Origin: Octopus vulgaris
Taxonomy: Eukaryota
Direction of reading: 5' to 3'
DNA length: 64,000 nucleotides
NCBI GenBank assembly: GCA_951406725.2
Contig: OX597832.1
Coordinates: 4,898,001-4,962,000, forward strand
The notes beneath the pieces were generated by a model, which saw only the letters and a list, made by a program, of their open reading frames with translations, was not told the DNA's origin and made no database searches. The position numbers and the translations under genes are program-made. Shown here in pieces: positions 25,387-39,400 of this stretch; the first letter of the stretch is position 1, and each line of letters opens with the position of its first letter.

Positions 25387-28300
25387 AAATACAAAATGGG
25401 ACAAGAACACAAAACATCCGGACAACTAGGTGATACAAAAGGGGACAACAAAACATCCAGATAGACAATACAAAAAAAACAAGGATGGGTCATTCGAAGC
25501 CTTTTATCTTCAGTCAAGAACCGGATCATCCTCACAATTTCGGCTGATTAATCTTGAGACTGCTCCAATCTGGCCAGCCCCAATGAAAAATTAAGCTAAG
25601 AGCATTAGATTCCTTGGAAAAAAGCATCAAATGTATACGAAAACAAGGACAGAAAAACAGACGATGTTACATGGATATAACTACAAAAATACAATAAAAA
25701 TAATAATAACAGGACATAACAACAGGCGTCTTTCGACTGGGGACGAATTGAATTCACCTGGCGTGTGTGGAAATGAAGCCTTATGGCAGAGGGATGAATA
25801 TCGATGTGGCAGTGACCGTGGTCAGACGCAAAAGGGCTAGTAGTCAGCCAATAGGTCATATATATATATATATATATATACATATATACAGTAATCCATG
25901 GAGGAATTGACATAAGCTTAAATAATAAATCACGATAGGTGAACTGCAATACAGTGAGGGATTACTGTATATTTATATATATTCATATATAAATAGTTGA
26001 AAAATTTGAACTCATTTTTTTCTTTTATATATATATAAAAGAAAAAAATGAATTCAAATGATTTTTTTAAATGACTTGCTTTGAAGTTTTGCATTCGGTA
26101 CAACTTGTTTATCTTAGTAGTCTTGACCGCAAGGGTCCCTCTAATAGCGTGCGGTATCTATGAATATAGGTACCCTCTATATAATATAAATAAATATTTT
26201 TAAAGTGGATAAATTTACGGATTTTTTCTCTTATCCTCAATTGTAAAAAAAAAAAAAAATATATATATATAAATGCATATACAAATATAATATGAAGTGT
26301 TCTGCTCAAAAATCATAAGATTTTGGTTTCAATTCCTGGACTGGGTGATACGTTGTGTTCTTGAATAAAACACTTCATTTCACGTTGCTCCAGTCCACTC
26401 AACTGGCAAAAAAGAGTAATCCTGTGAAAGATCAGTGTCCTGTCCAGTTGGGGAATTTATACGCCACTGAAACCAGGAAACCAGCCCTTATGAGCCTAGC
26501 ATGGCTTGAGAAGGAAGCATTTCTTCTTCTTTCTGCTCAAAAACACTACACATAGGCTGGTCTAAGAATCAAAGCCACAATCTTACAATCATGAGTCCAA
26601 CACCCAAACTGCCATGTACCTTCACTGTAGTAAAACAAGGTATTCAATAATTAAATCAAGAAGGATGAAATAAAAACAAAATCTTTTTGATGATGCTGTT
26701 TGTAAAGTTTTACCCTTAAACTTGGCCTTATTTATTTATTATTAACAATGAAGTTGTGGTTTGGGATTAAAAATTAATTTTAAAGGTTAGAGTTAAAGTT
26801 CATAAATATCGTTTACTATAGTTTGCAGCTGAATATTAAAAAATTTATAAGTGCTCAAGAATACACCTAAGTTTTAACAGCTTCTGCCCCACATCTGTTT
26901 GGACATTCTCAATATTCATCAATATAAAACATGAAATCAATTTCTACATATGTTAATGGATATTGTATACTTACAATAATAATTACACTGTGTAACAGCT
27001 TTTTTTTTTTAAATCTTTGGTCAGTAAGTGTTATTTCCTATTTGCTTCTATCAAAAGAAATGACTACTATTCCTGAGTTGCTGAAACAGAGATATCATTA
27101 TAGCAAATATTCTGCTCAATACCACAGATTTGCTTGTCAGTTGCTTGTCCATAACAACTTGAGCATATCCCTTAGTGGCTGGCTATATGTGCATCTCTAA
27201 TCATGAGCAGGAGTGCTGGGGAAGCATCATAGCCATGAGTTGAGAGGAATTCTTTGAAGTTTGAATAAACATAACAAAAGCAAAGTTTGAAGGTAATATT
27301 AGCCATTCTTCATACTTTGTAGGGTTTTTTTTTTTTTTTTGGCAATCCCTCAAGATCGAGGATGATGGTCTTCGTGCAAATTTACTGGTGAGTCCGTAGG
27401 TGACCGATAAGACCAATTCTTGCTTGAAAAGATCAGTCGCAGTGCGGACATCTAGTGCCGGAAGGGGTAAGCAAATAGGAAATAACAGTTGCTACCCAAG
27501 GATAAAAACCTTGTTACACAGTGTTATATAGTCATGAAGTATATCATAAATAATTTCAGAAAACTTGTTATACAAGACAGATGTGTGAGAATGTTGTGAA
27601 GGAGTAAATACTAGATGAAAAATGATTACCTCAGCACATAGGTGAAAATAACACAGCAAGATGGTAGCTTCAGAGCAAGTGATGATGAGGATGATGAACA
27701 CAAGAAAGAGGAATCCAAACATATAGTATGTTTGATGTGACCTGAAATAAATTTAAAATAAAGAAGAAATTTTTTTTACAATCACAAAATATTTTACTTA
27801 TTTACTCATTCTTGTCAAATATTTGGCAAATTACAAAACAAAAGCTTCATCTCCAGATCACATAATTTATTACTAATTATCTTTTTGATCAACAAATATT
27901 TCTATTATTAGATGTATCAGGTCATCCCATAAGTTCTGTCTGATTTTACCTTTTTTAAAATTGAATGAAATTTAATGGTATTTTAGAATGTCTAATGGAA
28001 TTAAAAATTATTTTTATGCATTTCTGTACATTTAAACTAATTAAATATCATTTTACAGAATAATAGAATTAAAATTTCTTTGATTAAAACCCTTTCCAAC
28101 ATGGAAGTATCCAAAGAGTATTTGAGGCACATAATGCTTTATGGGTGCAAAAAGGGAAACTCTGCAACCGAAGTGACTCGAAACATACACTCAGTTTATG
28201 GGAAAGAATGCTTGAATGAAAGAACTTGCAGAAGATGGTTTGCAAAATTCACAAGTGGAGATTTCAGTCTAGAAGATGAAGACCGAACAGGACGTCCAGT

Positions 28301-31300
28301 TGAGTTTGATGATAAGCTCCTTGAGGCATTACTTGAAGAAAATCCTGCATTATCAGTTGAAGAATTAGCAATAAAGCTTAGTTCAAACCATACAACTGTT
28401 CATCGTCATCTTCAACAACTTGGGAAAGGTTCCTAAACTTGGAAAACAGGTGCCTCGTGAATTATCTGAAAGCAACCGCAAATCCCGAGTTGACATCTGC
28501 TCTTCTTTCCATTCTCGCGAACTCATTTCACCCTTTTTGGATAGACTTGTGACTGATGGCGAAAAATGGATCTTCTATCGAAATGTTAAACATCGTAAAC
28601 AGTGGCTTGGTAAAAGGGAAAAAGCTCAGCCACAAGTGAGAAGGGAACTTCATGGAAAAAAGGTTCTTCTCTCTATCTGGTGGCATTGCAAAGGAGTAAT
28701 TCACTTTGAATTGTTGCCACCTAATGCAACAATCAATGCTCAAGTCTAATGTCAGCAATTAGAGCATTTGAACCAAGCTTTGAAGGAAAAAAAAAACCGC
28801 TTTAGTGAATCGAAAAGGTGTGATGTTTCATCAAGACAATGCACGACCCCTCACTGCAAGGATCACATCACAGAAGATTGAAGAGCTTGGTTGGGAAAAA
28901 AATTCCTCATCCACCTTATTCTCCCGACCTTGCTCCTTCAGACTACCATTTGCTTCATAGTTTACAGAATCATTTGGGGGACATAACTTTTGCAAGCCAG
29001 GAGGAGGTCAAAACTGACATTTCAGAGTTCTTTGCTTTGAAACCAAGAGTTTTACATTGATGGGATTAAATAGCTTGTAAATAGATGGAAAGAAGTAATA
29101 GGTAATCAGGAAAAATACGTTGATGATTAAATTTCAATTAAATATAACATTTGATCACTTGTTTATGAGATTATTAGTTAGATTACTCATTAGTTCTGAT
29201 ACTTTTGATCAGATAGCATATATTACAAGAAATATGCATTGTACATTGAAATTTACTGTGTGTGCTCAATATATGATGTGAAAAAAAACTTGTGTACACT
29301 CATACTGGATACCCTGTTATTTATAAATTTGTCCAGACCAAGTATTTTAAACTTGTTGCAAGAATACCTTAATTAGCATTTTCTGAAAAATTCCTAGGTA
29401 TTTTGTGTGTGTGTGTGTTTTCAAAATGTCCAAAACTTGAAGAAATCTATACAAGGAATGAATATAAATATATTCTGATGTCTGAATAAGTCTGAGTAAA
29501 AGAGATGAAAATGTAACTTACCATAAACTGTTTAAAATGAAGAATAGCTGAATAAATATACAGCCAAATGGTAACACTCCTCCCATGATAATGCCAGGTA
29601 AAGGCTTTGTATAGAAAGACTGATCTGGGATTTGGCGTGGAATCAGATTAGTGCGCACAGGGTGCTCTATAGGCTGAAATGGCAGTTAAAACAATCTTAT
29701 AAAACTGCTTGATATCACATTTTAACTCACTAAAATATATATTTACAAACAGAAACATTAAAAAAAAAGAAGAAGAAAAAATGGCTTATATAAGAAGCAG
29801 AAATTTCCCACCCTCACCACCTATTTTAACAAGATAGGCTCAGCTAGTGTTAGTCTATTAGCTTAGATGCCAATATGTTAAGACTTGCAACCTTATATTA
29901 TGGAAACAGCATCAGCCATCAACAAGCAACTTTATGCCCATTTTTTATTAACCCCCACCCCAAGAAGGGGTTTCTCCCCTATTCCCCTGAAAACTTAAAT
30001 GAAATGGGTGTCATCTTACTCTAGCTAGTGCCTTCAGTGCTAGTGGCATGGTAAAATGCAACCAGCCTATGATGTAGAATGGTTAGAGATAGCAAGTGCA
30101 TCTAGCAGTAATAACCACACCAAAAATGAGGGAATGACTATAAGACACATTTCATCCAGTTTACCAACTTGGAAGGCTGTAAAAAAATGCACCCAATACA
30201 TAATGTAAAATGGCTGGTGATAGGAGTGCATCCAGCAATAGAAACCAAAAACCAATGGAATGTATGAATGAGATGTGCATCCTGTAAAGTATGTCACAGA
30301 CTACCCATCTTTGAATATTTGGCAATGAATAAGAAATGATACAAAATAAAAGGGACTTTTTAGTCTTCCCATATGAGACAACTTCTCTGGTGCCAGTAAT
30401 ATAGCAAAATTTACCCAGTACACACTATAAAGTGGGTGGTGATAGGAAAAGCATTATGTCATAGAAACCATAAATCAAAATGACTGGGTTGACTTAATAA
30501 TCAAATAAATGATATTCCACTTTTAAAAAGAAAATATGTACTTACTCTTTTCTTGAAGCCAAAGTAAGCCCCAATAAATGTAAGTGGTACAGAAATTCCA
30601 AACCAAAGTGCCAAGAGTGCCAGGAGGGTTGTAAATGGTATGGCTGCACTGCTGCCATTACCCCAAAGAATCAAGTTCAACAGGAAAAACATACTAAAGA
30701 CGATTCTGTAAATAAAATCAGATTCCATTCAGTTCAAATAATACTTTCAAACATTTATATTCAGATTGCTAACAACCTGAGAGATAGCATTTCTATTCAA
30801 AAATACCACTTGTAACATTTACTCATACTTACCCTGGGCAAAGGAATGCAGTCAATAGAACATTTGATTTCCACTTTTCACCACCAAACACTATTTAAGA
30901 GAAAATTAAATGCAGTTATGACAAAATAAAATGACAGCAAAATCAGAAGAAAGTTGCAAAAAATTTATATTTACAAACTAACGCAAAAAGAAATAGTAAT
31001 ATTGGTTTCAAATATTGGTTTCAAATGTTGGCACAAAGCCAGCAATTTCGGGGGAGGGAGTAAGTTGATTACACCAACCCACAGTGTTCAACTGGTACTT
31101 GTTTTATCGACCCTGAAAGGACAAAAGGCAAAGCCAGCCTCTGCAGAATTTGAAAAGCAATAGTAATATTAAAAGATTTGCTAGCAATTCGAAACTTTTG
31201 AATTCTCTTTTATTATTTTATTTGTTTCAGTCATTTGACTGCAGCCATGTTGGAGCACTGCCTCTAGTCAAACAAATCAACCACAGGACTTATTCTTTGT

Positions 31301-34300
31301 AAGCCTAGTACTTATTTTATTGGTCTTTTTGCCGAACTGCTAAGTTACGGGGACGTAAACACACCAACATCGGTTGTCAAGTGATGGTGAGGGGGACACA
31401 CTGACACACACACACATATATTACGAGCTTCTTTCAGTTTCCGCCTAGCAAATCCACTCACAAGGCTTTGGTCAGCTCAAGATTATAGTAGAAGACACTT
31501 GTCCAAGGAGCTTTGAAGTGGGACTGAACCTAGAACCATGTGGTTGGTAAGTAAGCTACTTACCTTACAGCCAATATACAATTTATTTATACTTCTAAAC
31601 TGCTACTATTAGCCTTATAAATGTTGATAAAATTTTTTTTTTCTTAATAGCATGAATAACTCACTTTTGTAAATTCTTGCAGAAATAAATCCAGCTGGTG
31701 TCCCAAGACAAACATATAAAACCTTTAAAGAAAACAGAAAGATATGAAATACAAAACTATAAGTATTTTCAAATTCATCAAACAGAACATACATAAATCA
31801 AATTGCTATAACCTGCAGATACAATGACAAATACTTTAGAAAAAAATCAAGGTGAACTCAGCAGGAACTTTTAAAAAAAGACATTTGTTACATAAATTTA
31901 AATGTACTTACAAGACATAAAATATGTCTCATCAGAGGCAGATGAAATACACTTTCAATTCAAACATTTTCCCTCTACTAGTATTTATAATTATGAATAT
32001 AATGTACAGAGATACAACTATAAATGTAATGCATTAAACAACAGAAAAACTTATGGTGAAATAAAAATGATTCTGTTATATAACAAAGAGGGTGCACAAA
32101 GTTTCTTTGCAGATATTCCTAAAATAAAACACTTCATGAAAAGCATCTAACTTCACTAATAAAATAATTACTTTCTATGTACAGTTAAATTTGTTAGATT
32201 ATATAGTGAGTCAATATTATAGCAAAGCTCAAAAGTCACAGCTGGCAGAGTCATTGGGATTTTGTCCAGATTGTTAAAGCATAACCCAGTCCCTTAGTAA
32301 TCCCTTAGTAGCCTAGTTCATTTAGTGTAAGGGATTATATAATTGAAAACAAAATTCATAATATTATGAATTTTGTTATCAGTATTCTTTTATTTCTGGC
32401 TTAACCCTTTCATTATCAACCTGGCTGAAACTGGCTCTGGTTCTGAGTACAAATGTCTTGTTTTCATAAATTTTGAATTAAAATCTTTCACGAAACCTTA
32501 GTCACAATTTATGTTCCTAACACTAGCTGAGTGATAACTAAGTTATTTTACTAAATTCTTTGTTATAATCAAAGTAATTGGAAGAAACACAGAGCATCAG
32601 AAAATAAATACAGTACCGAAAGGGCTAAAGAGAATTATCTCTTAACTACACCAGCAAGCCTAATCCCTTCTTTCACTTGTTGTTGATGAAGACCAATTCC
32701 CCAGAATCCAAAGATAAAACATCTTAGAGAGGCGAAATGTTACAGATGATACTTGTCAACTCAGTTCAATAAGGTTATAGTCTCAATTTCAGCTGGTCCC
32801 CACCACCTCATCAACAGACCCTGCTTTTCATTTGCATTAATTAACACTTTTAAAAAACAACAAACAAATTCTCAGATATTATTGTTCTCACTATATACTA
32901 ATTATTAATAGTAATTACTAAATATTTCACTAAAACTACTTTTTAAAATGTGATACAAACTTACCATTGCACAAGTCATAAGAGCTCCTCGGTTGGCAGG
33001 TGAAAGGAAGCCAAGACAGGCAAATACTAAAAATGGGAAAAAAGTAAAAAAACAGTGAGACAACTTTATTCAACAACATTTTCAATCAGTTAGTATTCAA
33101 AATAATCTTGAGCTTAACTATGTTTCCTGTGTTCTGCCTATCAACTGTCTTGCATAGAAAACATGCTATGACACTAGTTTCCAGTTGACAAGACACTGGT
33201 CATAATTAAATGAAGACATTGTTAATCTATTTGTTGTCAGTCGTTACATAAAAAAGTTATGAAGGATACCTGAACAGACCTACTTAAACAGAAACTTGAT
33301 GGAGAAATACTAGCAGAAAGTTATGCATATCTGTAAGCAATAGAAAACCAACAACACTGACAAGAATAGTGGACATTCCTGGACCTTTGATAAATACATC
33401 ACATCTCATCAAGAAGGCTATATAGGAACAAGAGATAGAAACTAAATACCTGATCAACTGGAGTGATGGGGGATGCCTCTAACCTCCAGGTCTTGATAGG
33501 AAATATTGATTATGCCTACCAATAGGGAAGATATTACCCACTTCATCATCAGCAGTTCAAAATACAACCTTACCATGAGATTTTACAGTGTTGTTAAAGC
33601 CATCTATAATATTATTCTCAGGAACCAGAACATATCCACACTTTTAAAAATAAAGTATATGGTGGAATACTCCAATAAAAACATCAACCTGGTGTACATA
33701 CAATAGGCCTGATATTATTCAATGGAACAGAGAACAAATGTCATGCACTCTTGTAGAGATCAGCTACCTGGCAAATGTAAATGTCTCATCAAAAATTAGG
33801 GAACAGAAGAATCTCAACGGAAAACTGATGAGAAACTTATATTTCATATAACTTGTAAGATCTTACATTCTGGCTAAAGATTTTCACTTGTCTATTATCA
33901 TAGGTGAACTAGGCTATGCAACAACAGATTTGCATAAAAGCCGAGAAATGATAGGGCTCTCCAAGAGAAGAACAAAGCAAACTAATTCACATTTCCAAAA
34001 TACAACTGATTAGTGGTACAATGAATGCTGTAAAACATTCCAGGGATTCTCCATTTCAGGTTCCTAGGCTAAACACACATAAACCATCACATGTACACAT
34101 ACATAAACAGTAATAAAGTTTATACACTTGTGTACTAAAGTGACATCCACAACCACTACAAAACAAGTTTATCCACACACACGCACACATCTCATATATG
34201 TACATATTAACCTATTTGCATATCCACAAGTCCCAACTTAAAACCTTGCCACTTTGCTAAAGACCAGCTTGAATTCTGCAAAGCAAAAAAAATTTTAATA

Positions 34301-36443
34301 AATCCCAAAGAAAGAACTAACAAAATAATACAATACATACATCATATGCACACACAGTCGTGAAGAATGAAAACTGTCTTGAAGTTTTCAAGATTATTCC
34401 ACATGGAATTATAGACTGATTCCAGTTGTCAAGAATTTACTACTGTTGTGTCACATATATAACAATAGTAAACATAAAATTTAATACACACAGTTTGGAC
34501 AGAATACACATGGAGCAGAAAGACATAACTGTTACCTAAAGTTATCAAAGTCATGAAAAATATCTGAATGCCATTTCCATTAATAACAGCGAGAAGCATC
34601 CCTTTCCTTGGGGGTCTGAACACGTCTCCATGAACCAGTTTCCAGCCAAATTCTTCTTGAGCATCTTCCTACATCAATATACAAAACGTCAGTATGAAAG
34701 AGAAAAAACTGTTTTAGCTACTGAAGCAAATGTTATTCACATTTCATATAAAACTGCAATGAATAAAGTAACAAGTAAGAAGACCTGTTATGCTAAATCT
34801 GATAAGACCCAGATAGCAATTGATAGATCTAACCTAAATGGGCTGAATTTGTTGTTAAGTCTCAAGTTACACAAAATTGAACAAATCTTTGACTAAAACA
34901 TTTCATCTAGTCTTTTTAATGGTATTCAATATGCCTTCTTTTTTTCAAGAGGATGTGATTCAAGTATGATTTGGCTGCTATCTGTGACAGATGAAGGTCA
35001 AGTGACAATGTAGAGGCTCTCTTTGTGATTAGCTGACTTTTATGTTTTTTAGTTATATACTTCAGAAATTTAACAGAGCATAATATTGTAAAGGGTTTTC
35101 TACTTTAACACTACTTTCAAACTTGTTTTGCCTTGTGATCAAAATATGGACAATTATTTCTAAAACTTTATTCACAATGTAGATCTAAATACTAAGATAT
35201 ATTGGATCAATACATTATAACAACTATCTTAACAACAAAGAAACATGTGTATGTATACATATATATGTATGTATGAATGTGTGTGTCTATATATATCTAT
35301 ATAGACCACTCTGAGTGGTTGGTGTTAGGAAGGGCATCCAGCTATAAAAATCCTGCCAAAACAGTCACAGAAGTTTGGTGCAGGCTTCTACCTGGCTGGC
35401 TCCTGTCAAATCATCCCACCCATGTCAGCGTGGAAGGCAGACATTAAACGATGCTGATGATATATGTGTGTGTGTGTGTGTATACACACACACACATACA
35501 TACATACACATACATAAATACACACAAGTATGTACATACTCATATATAATCGGACATTAAATGATGATGATGACGATAATGAAATACATAAATGTCGAAC
35601 AATGAGAATGAGTGCTCAACACCACATTGGTGGATAAAATTTCTTTATTTGAGTAATTAAGATATTTTCTTAACATGAAACCAATGGTAGCCTTAAAACA
35701 CATACACTGTTATACTTGGGGTGGTCGTATTTTGCCAATTAGACATACACACTATATATAATTGGTCATCACTTCAGCTTTATTACTAAAATAAGAATAA
35801 TAAAGCTGAAGTAAAAACCAAATATATAGTGCATGTGTTTAATTAGCAAAATATGACCATCGCCAAGTATAACAATCTCTGTTTCAAAGCAAGATTTCAC
35901 TTCAAGAATCTTTGAAAGCAAATCATCATTTAATGTCCATTGTCCATATATATATCATCGTCATCGTTTAATGTCCATCTATTCCCCCTCATTTTCCTTC
36001 CTTTTTCTCACACCCCCTCTCTCACATTTCTTGGCTCTCTTTTTCTTTAACTCCCACTACTTCCCACTCGTTTATCTCCCCTGTACCTTTCTCTTTGTCT
36101 CTGTTTTTTTTTTTCTAATCCTTCAATCCCGCTGTCCCCTATTTTGATATACATACACAAATAGTCATATTCACAAACATATATACACACACCTACATAT
36201 AGATAAAAAAAAAAAAATATATATATATATATTTACATACATATATACATATGTTCCTTATACATTTCAGACCAAAAGTTGTAGCTGTGGTGGGGCACTG
36301 CCAGTAGGAACATAAGACGTTTATAGTACCTAGGTTTCCCACGCAGCCACCCATCTAAATACTAACTAGGATCAATGTTGCTTAACTTTGGTGATCAAAT
36401 GAGAACCAGTGTTTTCAACGTAGATGTGTGTGTGTGTGTGTAC

Positions 36444-36495
<52 letters not shown>

Positions 36496-39400
36496 GAGGG
36501 ACGTTCAATAAGTAATGCCTCTGACCCACTTGCAGTTGTTTGATCTAGCTGAAATTTTGCATGTGCAATCATTTATATCTCTATAGAGTAAGTGGCAAAT
36601 TACAGCTCTGAATTAATTGTGGTTTCTGATTTACAGGTGTTTGAACCTAGTCAAGTGTGAAATGGAGCCTGTTGAGTGTCGAGCAGTGATCCGGTTTTTG
36701 TATTTGAAACTGGGACCCTTGCCATCATAACCAACCTGGAACAACCTGCTCATGAAATGAATGTGCAAGTGGCTGAGCACTCAACAAAGATGTATATTAT
36801 TAATGTAGTTCCCAGGGAGATTCAGAGTGTGATATGGTTAGCCCTTTTAAATTACAGGTACAGCTCAATATAGCCAACTGAGTGAACTGAAGTAATGTGA
36901 AATAAAGCATCATGTTGAAGGACACAATAGGTAGTCATGAATTGAACTCATGATTGTAAGTTTATAACAATTAATACTTTTATTTTAAACATAGAATCCA
37001 TCCATCCATTTTCTCCGGCCATCATTTCTGAGAAGGCCATAAGGGTAGAATCTTCAAGGATGTGCTCCATAGGGTTCAGTCAGGATTCCCAAGTGTGACA
37101 AACTGAGACTTTGGATATTATCCAAGCATCTCAATTTTAGTCTACCCCAAGGTCTCCTGCCAGTTGGTTCAGCTTGAATAATCCATCTTGCAATTCTTTC
37201 CTATGACATTCAAATCACCTGTTTGTGAAACTAGAGCTGTGACTTCTCAGTACAGAGAAGTATCGGCTCAACTTGGAGAGACTCTTTGATCTCCAAGCCC
37301 TGCACCCTCTCAAATAATGTCAATCCAGAGAGCTTTTGGAGGAACCCTATTTCAGTCCTTTGTATTTACGACTATACTCTTCTGATCATTACTCAATATT
37401 CATGATCATAGGTAAGGACAGGCACAAAAACTGAATTGAATATAGCAAGTTTACTCTTTTATTCTTCTACTTGTTTCAGTCATTTGACTATGGCCATGCT
37501 GGAGCACTGCCTTAATGGGTTCTAATTAATGAAATTAACTCCAGGACTTATTCTTTGTAATCCTAGTACTTATTCTATTGGGCTCTTTTGCCAAACTCCT
37601 AAGTTATGGGGGACATAAACACACCAGCATTAGTTGTCAAGCGATGGTGACGGGTACACACACACACACACACATATACAAGCTTCTTTCAGTTTCTGTC
37701 TACCAAATCCACTCAAAAAGCTTTAGTGAGCCTGAGGTTATAGTAGAAGACACTTGCCCAAGGTGCCACATAGTGGGACTGAACCTGGAACCATGTGGTG
37801 GGAAGCAAGCTTCTTACCCACACAGCCACATAGCTTTCTTTTCTTTTCTTTAAAAAACTTCCCCTCTTTCAAATTATATACTTCTAAAATGAAAAGGGTT
37901 TGAGAAGCATAATTTGAAAATTTAAAAAAGCAAAAAATACAAATGTTTACTTACAGCATTGTCCATTTGGTTGTAACGGGCAATGTCTTTATGTAAAGTT
38001 CTCAGCATGATCATGGCTACCATACCAGAGAGGAAGAGGACTATTATCAAGGAATTCATGATACTGTTAGAAAATATTAAGAGGGAGAAATTACTAACAC
38101 CACCAAAGTTAGAATACATAAAATATAGTACAATATTAATAAAGAACACCCAGTTGTTATTAAATTGAAGTTGAAAAATAACCTTAATGCCCAATTATTT
38201 TTAAATGATCCATAATTAGACAAATAACATTCATTAAATTTCCCAACATAATGATCTTTTTTTCTCTCTCCCCACAGCCAAGCCCCCACCTCCAAAAAAT
38301 AACGTATATGACAGAACTAATATGAAGTGTTAGTGCCAAATATTTGTTTGGTTTAGACTTACCTAAACCATTGAATGTTGGAATGAGACATAGAATCCAA
38401 TATGTAATCCCATCGAGATGACCACTTAATTTTATTATCAACCTAAAAATAAAAAAAAAATAAATAAATAAAATGTCAACACTGAAATGTGTTTTGGTAA
38501 TAACTAAATTCAGAGACTTCAATATCAAAATAGCCTCTTACATTTAATTTAATTCCTTATTGGAAATAATTGAAATTGGTTAATATAAAGTAATTAAGAG
38601 ATAAAGAATAATCTTATTTCAGATATTTAAATTAAAATAATACAGAGATATAGTGCTTGTAAAGCTATTTAAATTTTTCAGAATTGGACGACTAATCAGA
38701 TTATTTTTGTAAACATGTCAACTCCCATGGCCTGTTACTGGAATTTACCAGTGGCACCCCATATTTCCAGTCACAATGCATACTGTTTAATTACAACGAA
38801 ATGTAATTTTTTTTTGTGTGTGTGTTTTTACAATATTTTATGATTAAACTTTAATATTGTGTGTTTCTTAAATGGCTTACAAACACCTTCCACGCTGCAA
38901 TTGCTTTAATATTTAGCACCCATGTTATTCAAATATCCTTGAAACCATGTCACAGATACAGAATAAAATATTTTCGCAAATTATGAAAATGAACCACCGG
39001 TGGGGCATATGGCAATTGTGTGAAGTTTGCAATGAACACCAGTGGTACATGTGGCAGTTATGTTAAAATAGGTACTACCACACTTTGTGACAAATTAATT
39101 AGACTATAGTCACAACTAAAAATAACAACATTTTTTAGATCCATATCTCTATATTTAAGTTGATATGGTATTGGAACAATTTCATAGAATGCAAGATCAA
39201 ATCCACTGCAAATGTTTCATTGTATTTCTGGATATTATGCATAATTATATTATTTCATTTGAAGAACTATAACGACAAAATAGCAGATTTCAATAATAAC
39301 GATAATAATAAGCAATATGAAGAGCATGATAAGATTTGTAATCCAGACTGACTCTGTTTACTGAAGTAAACAATATTTTGACAGTTTGTCTGTCTTCCTC

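Noticed and set aside
28080-29130. Domesticated SETMAR-like transposase gene
   Set aside because: Multiple frameshifts and stops, antisense to the host gene, no SET domain
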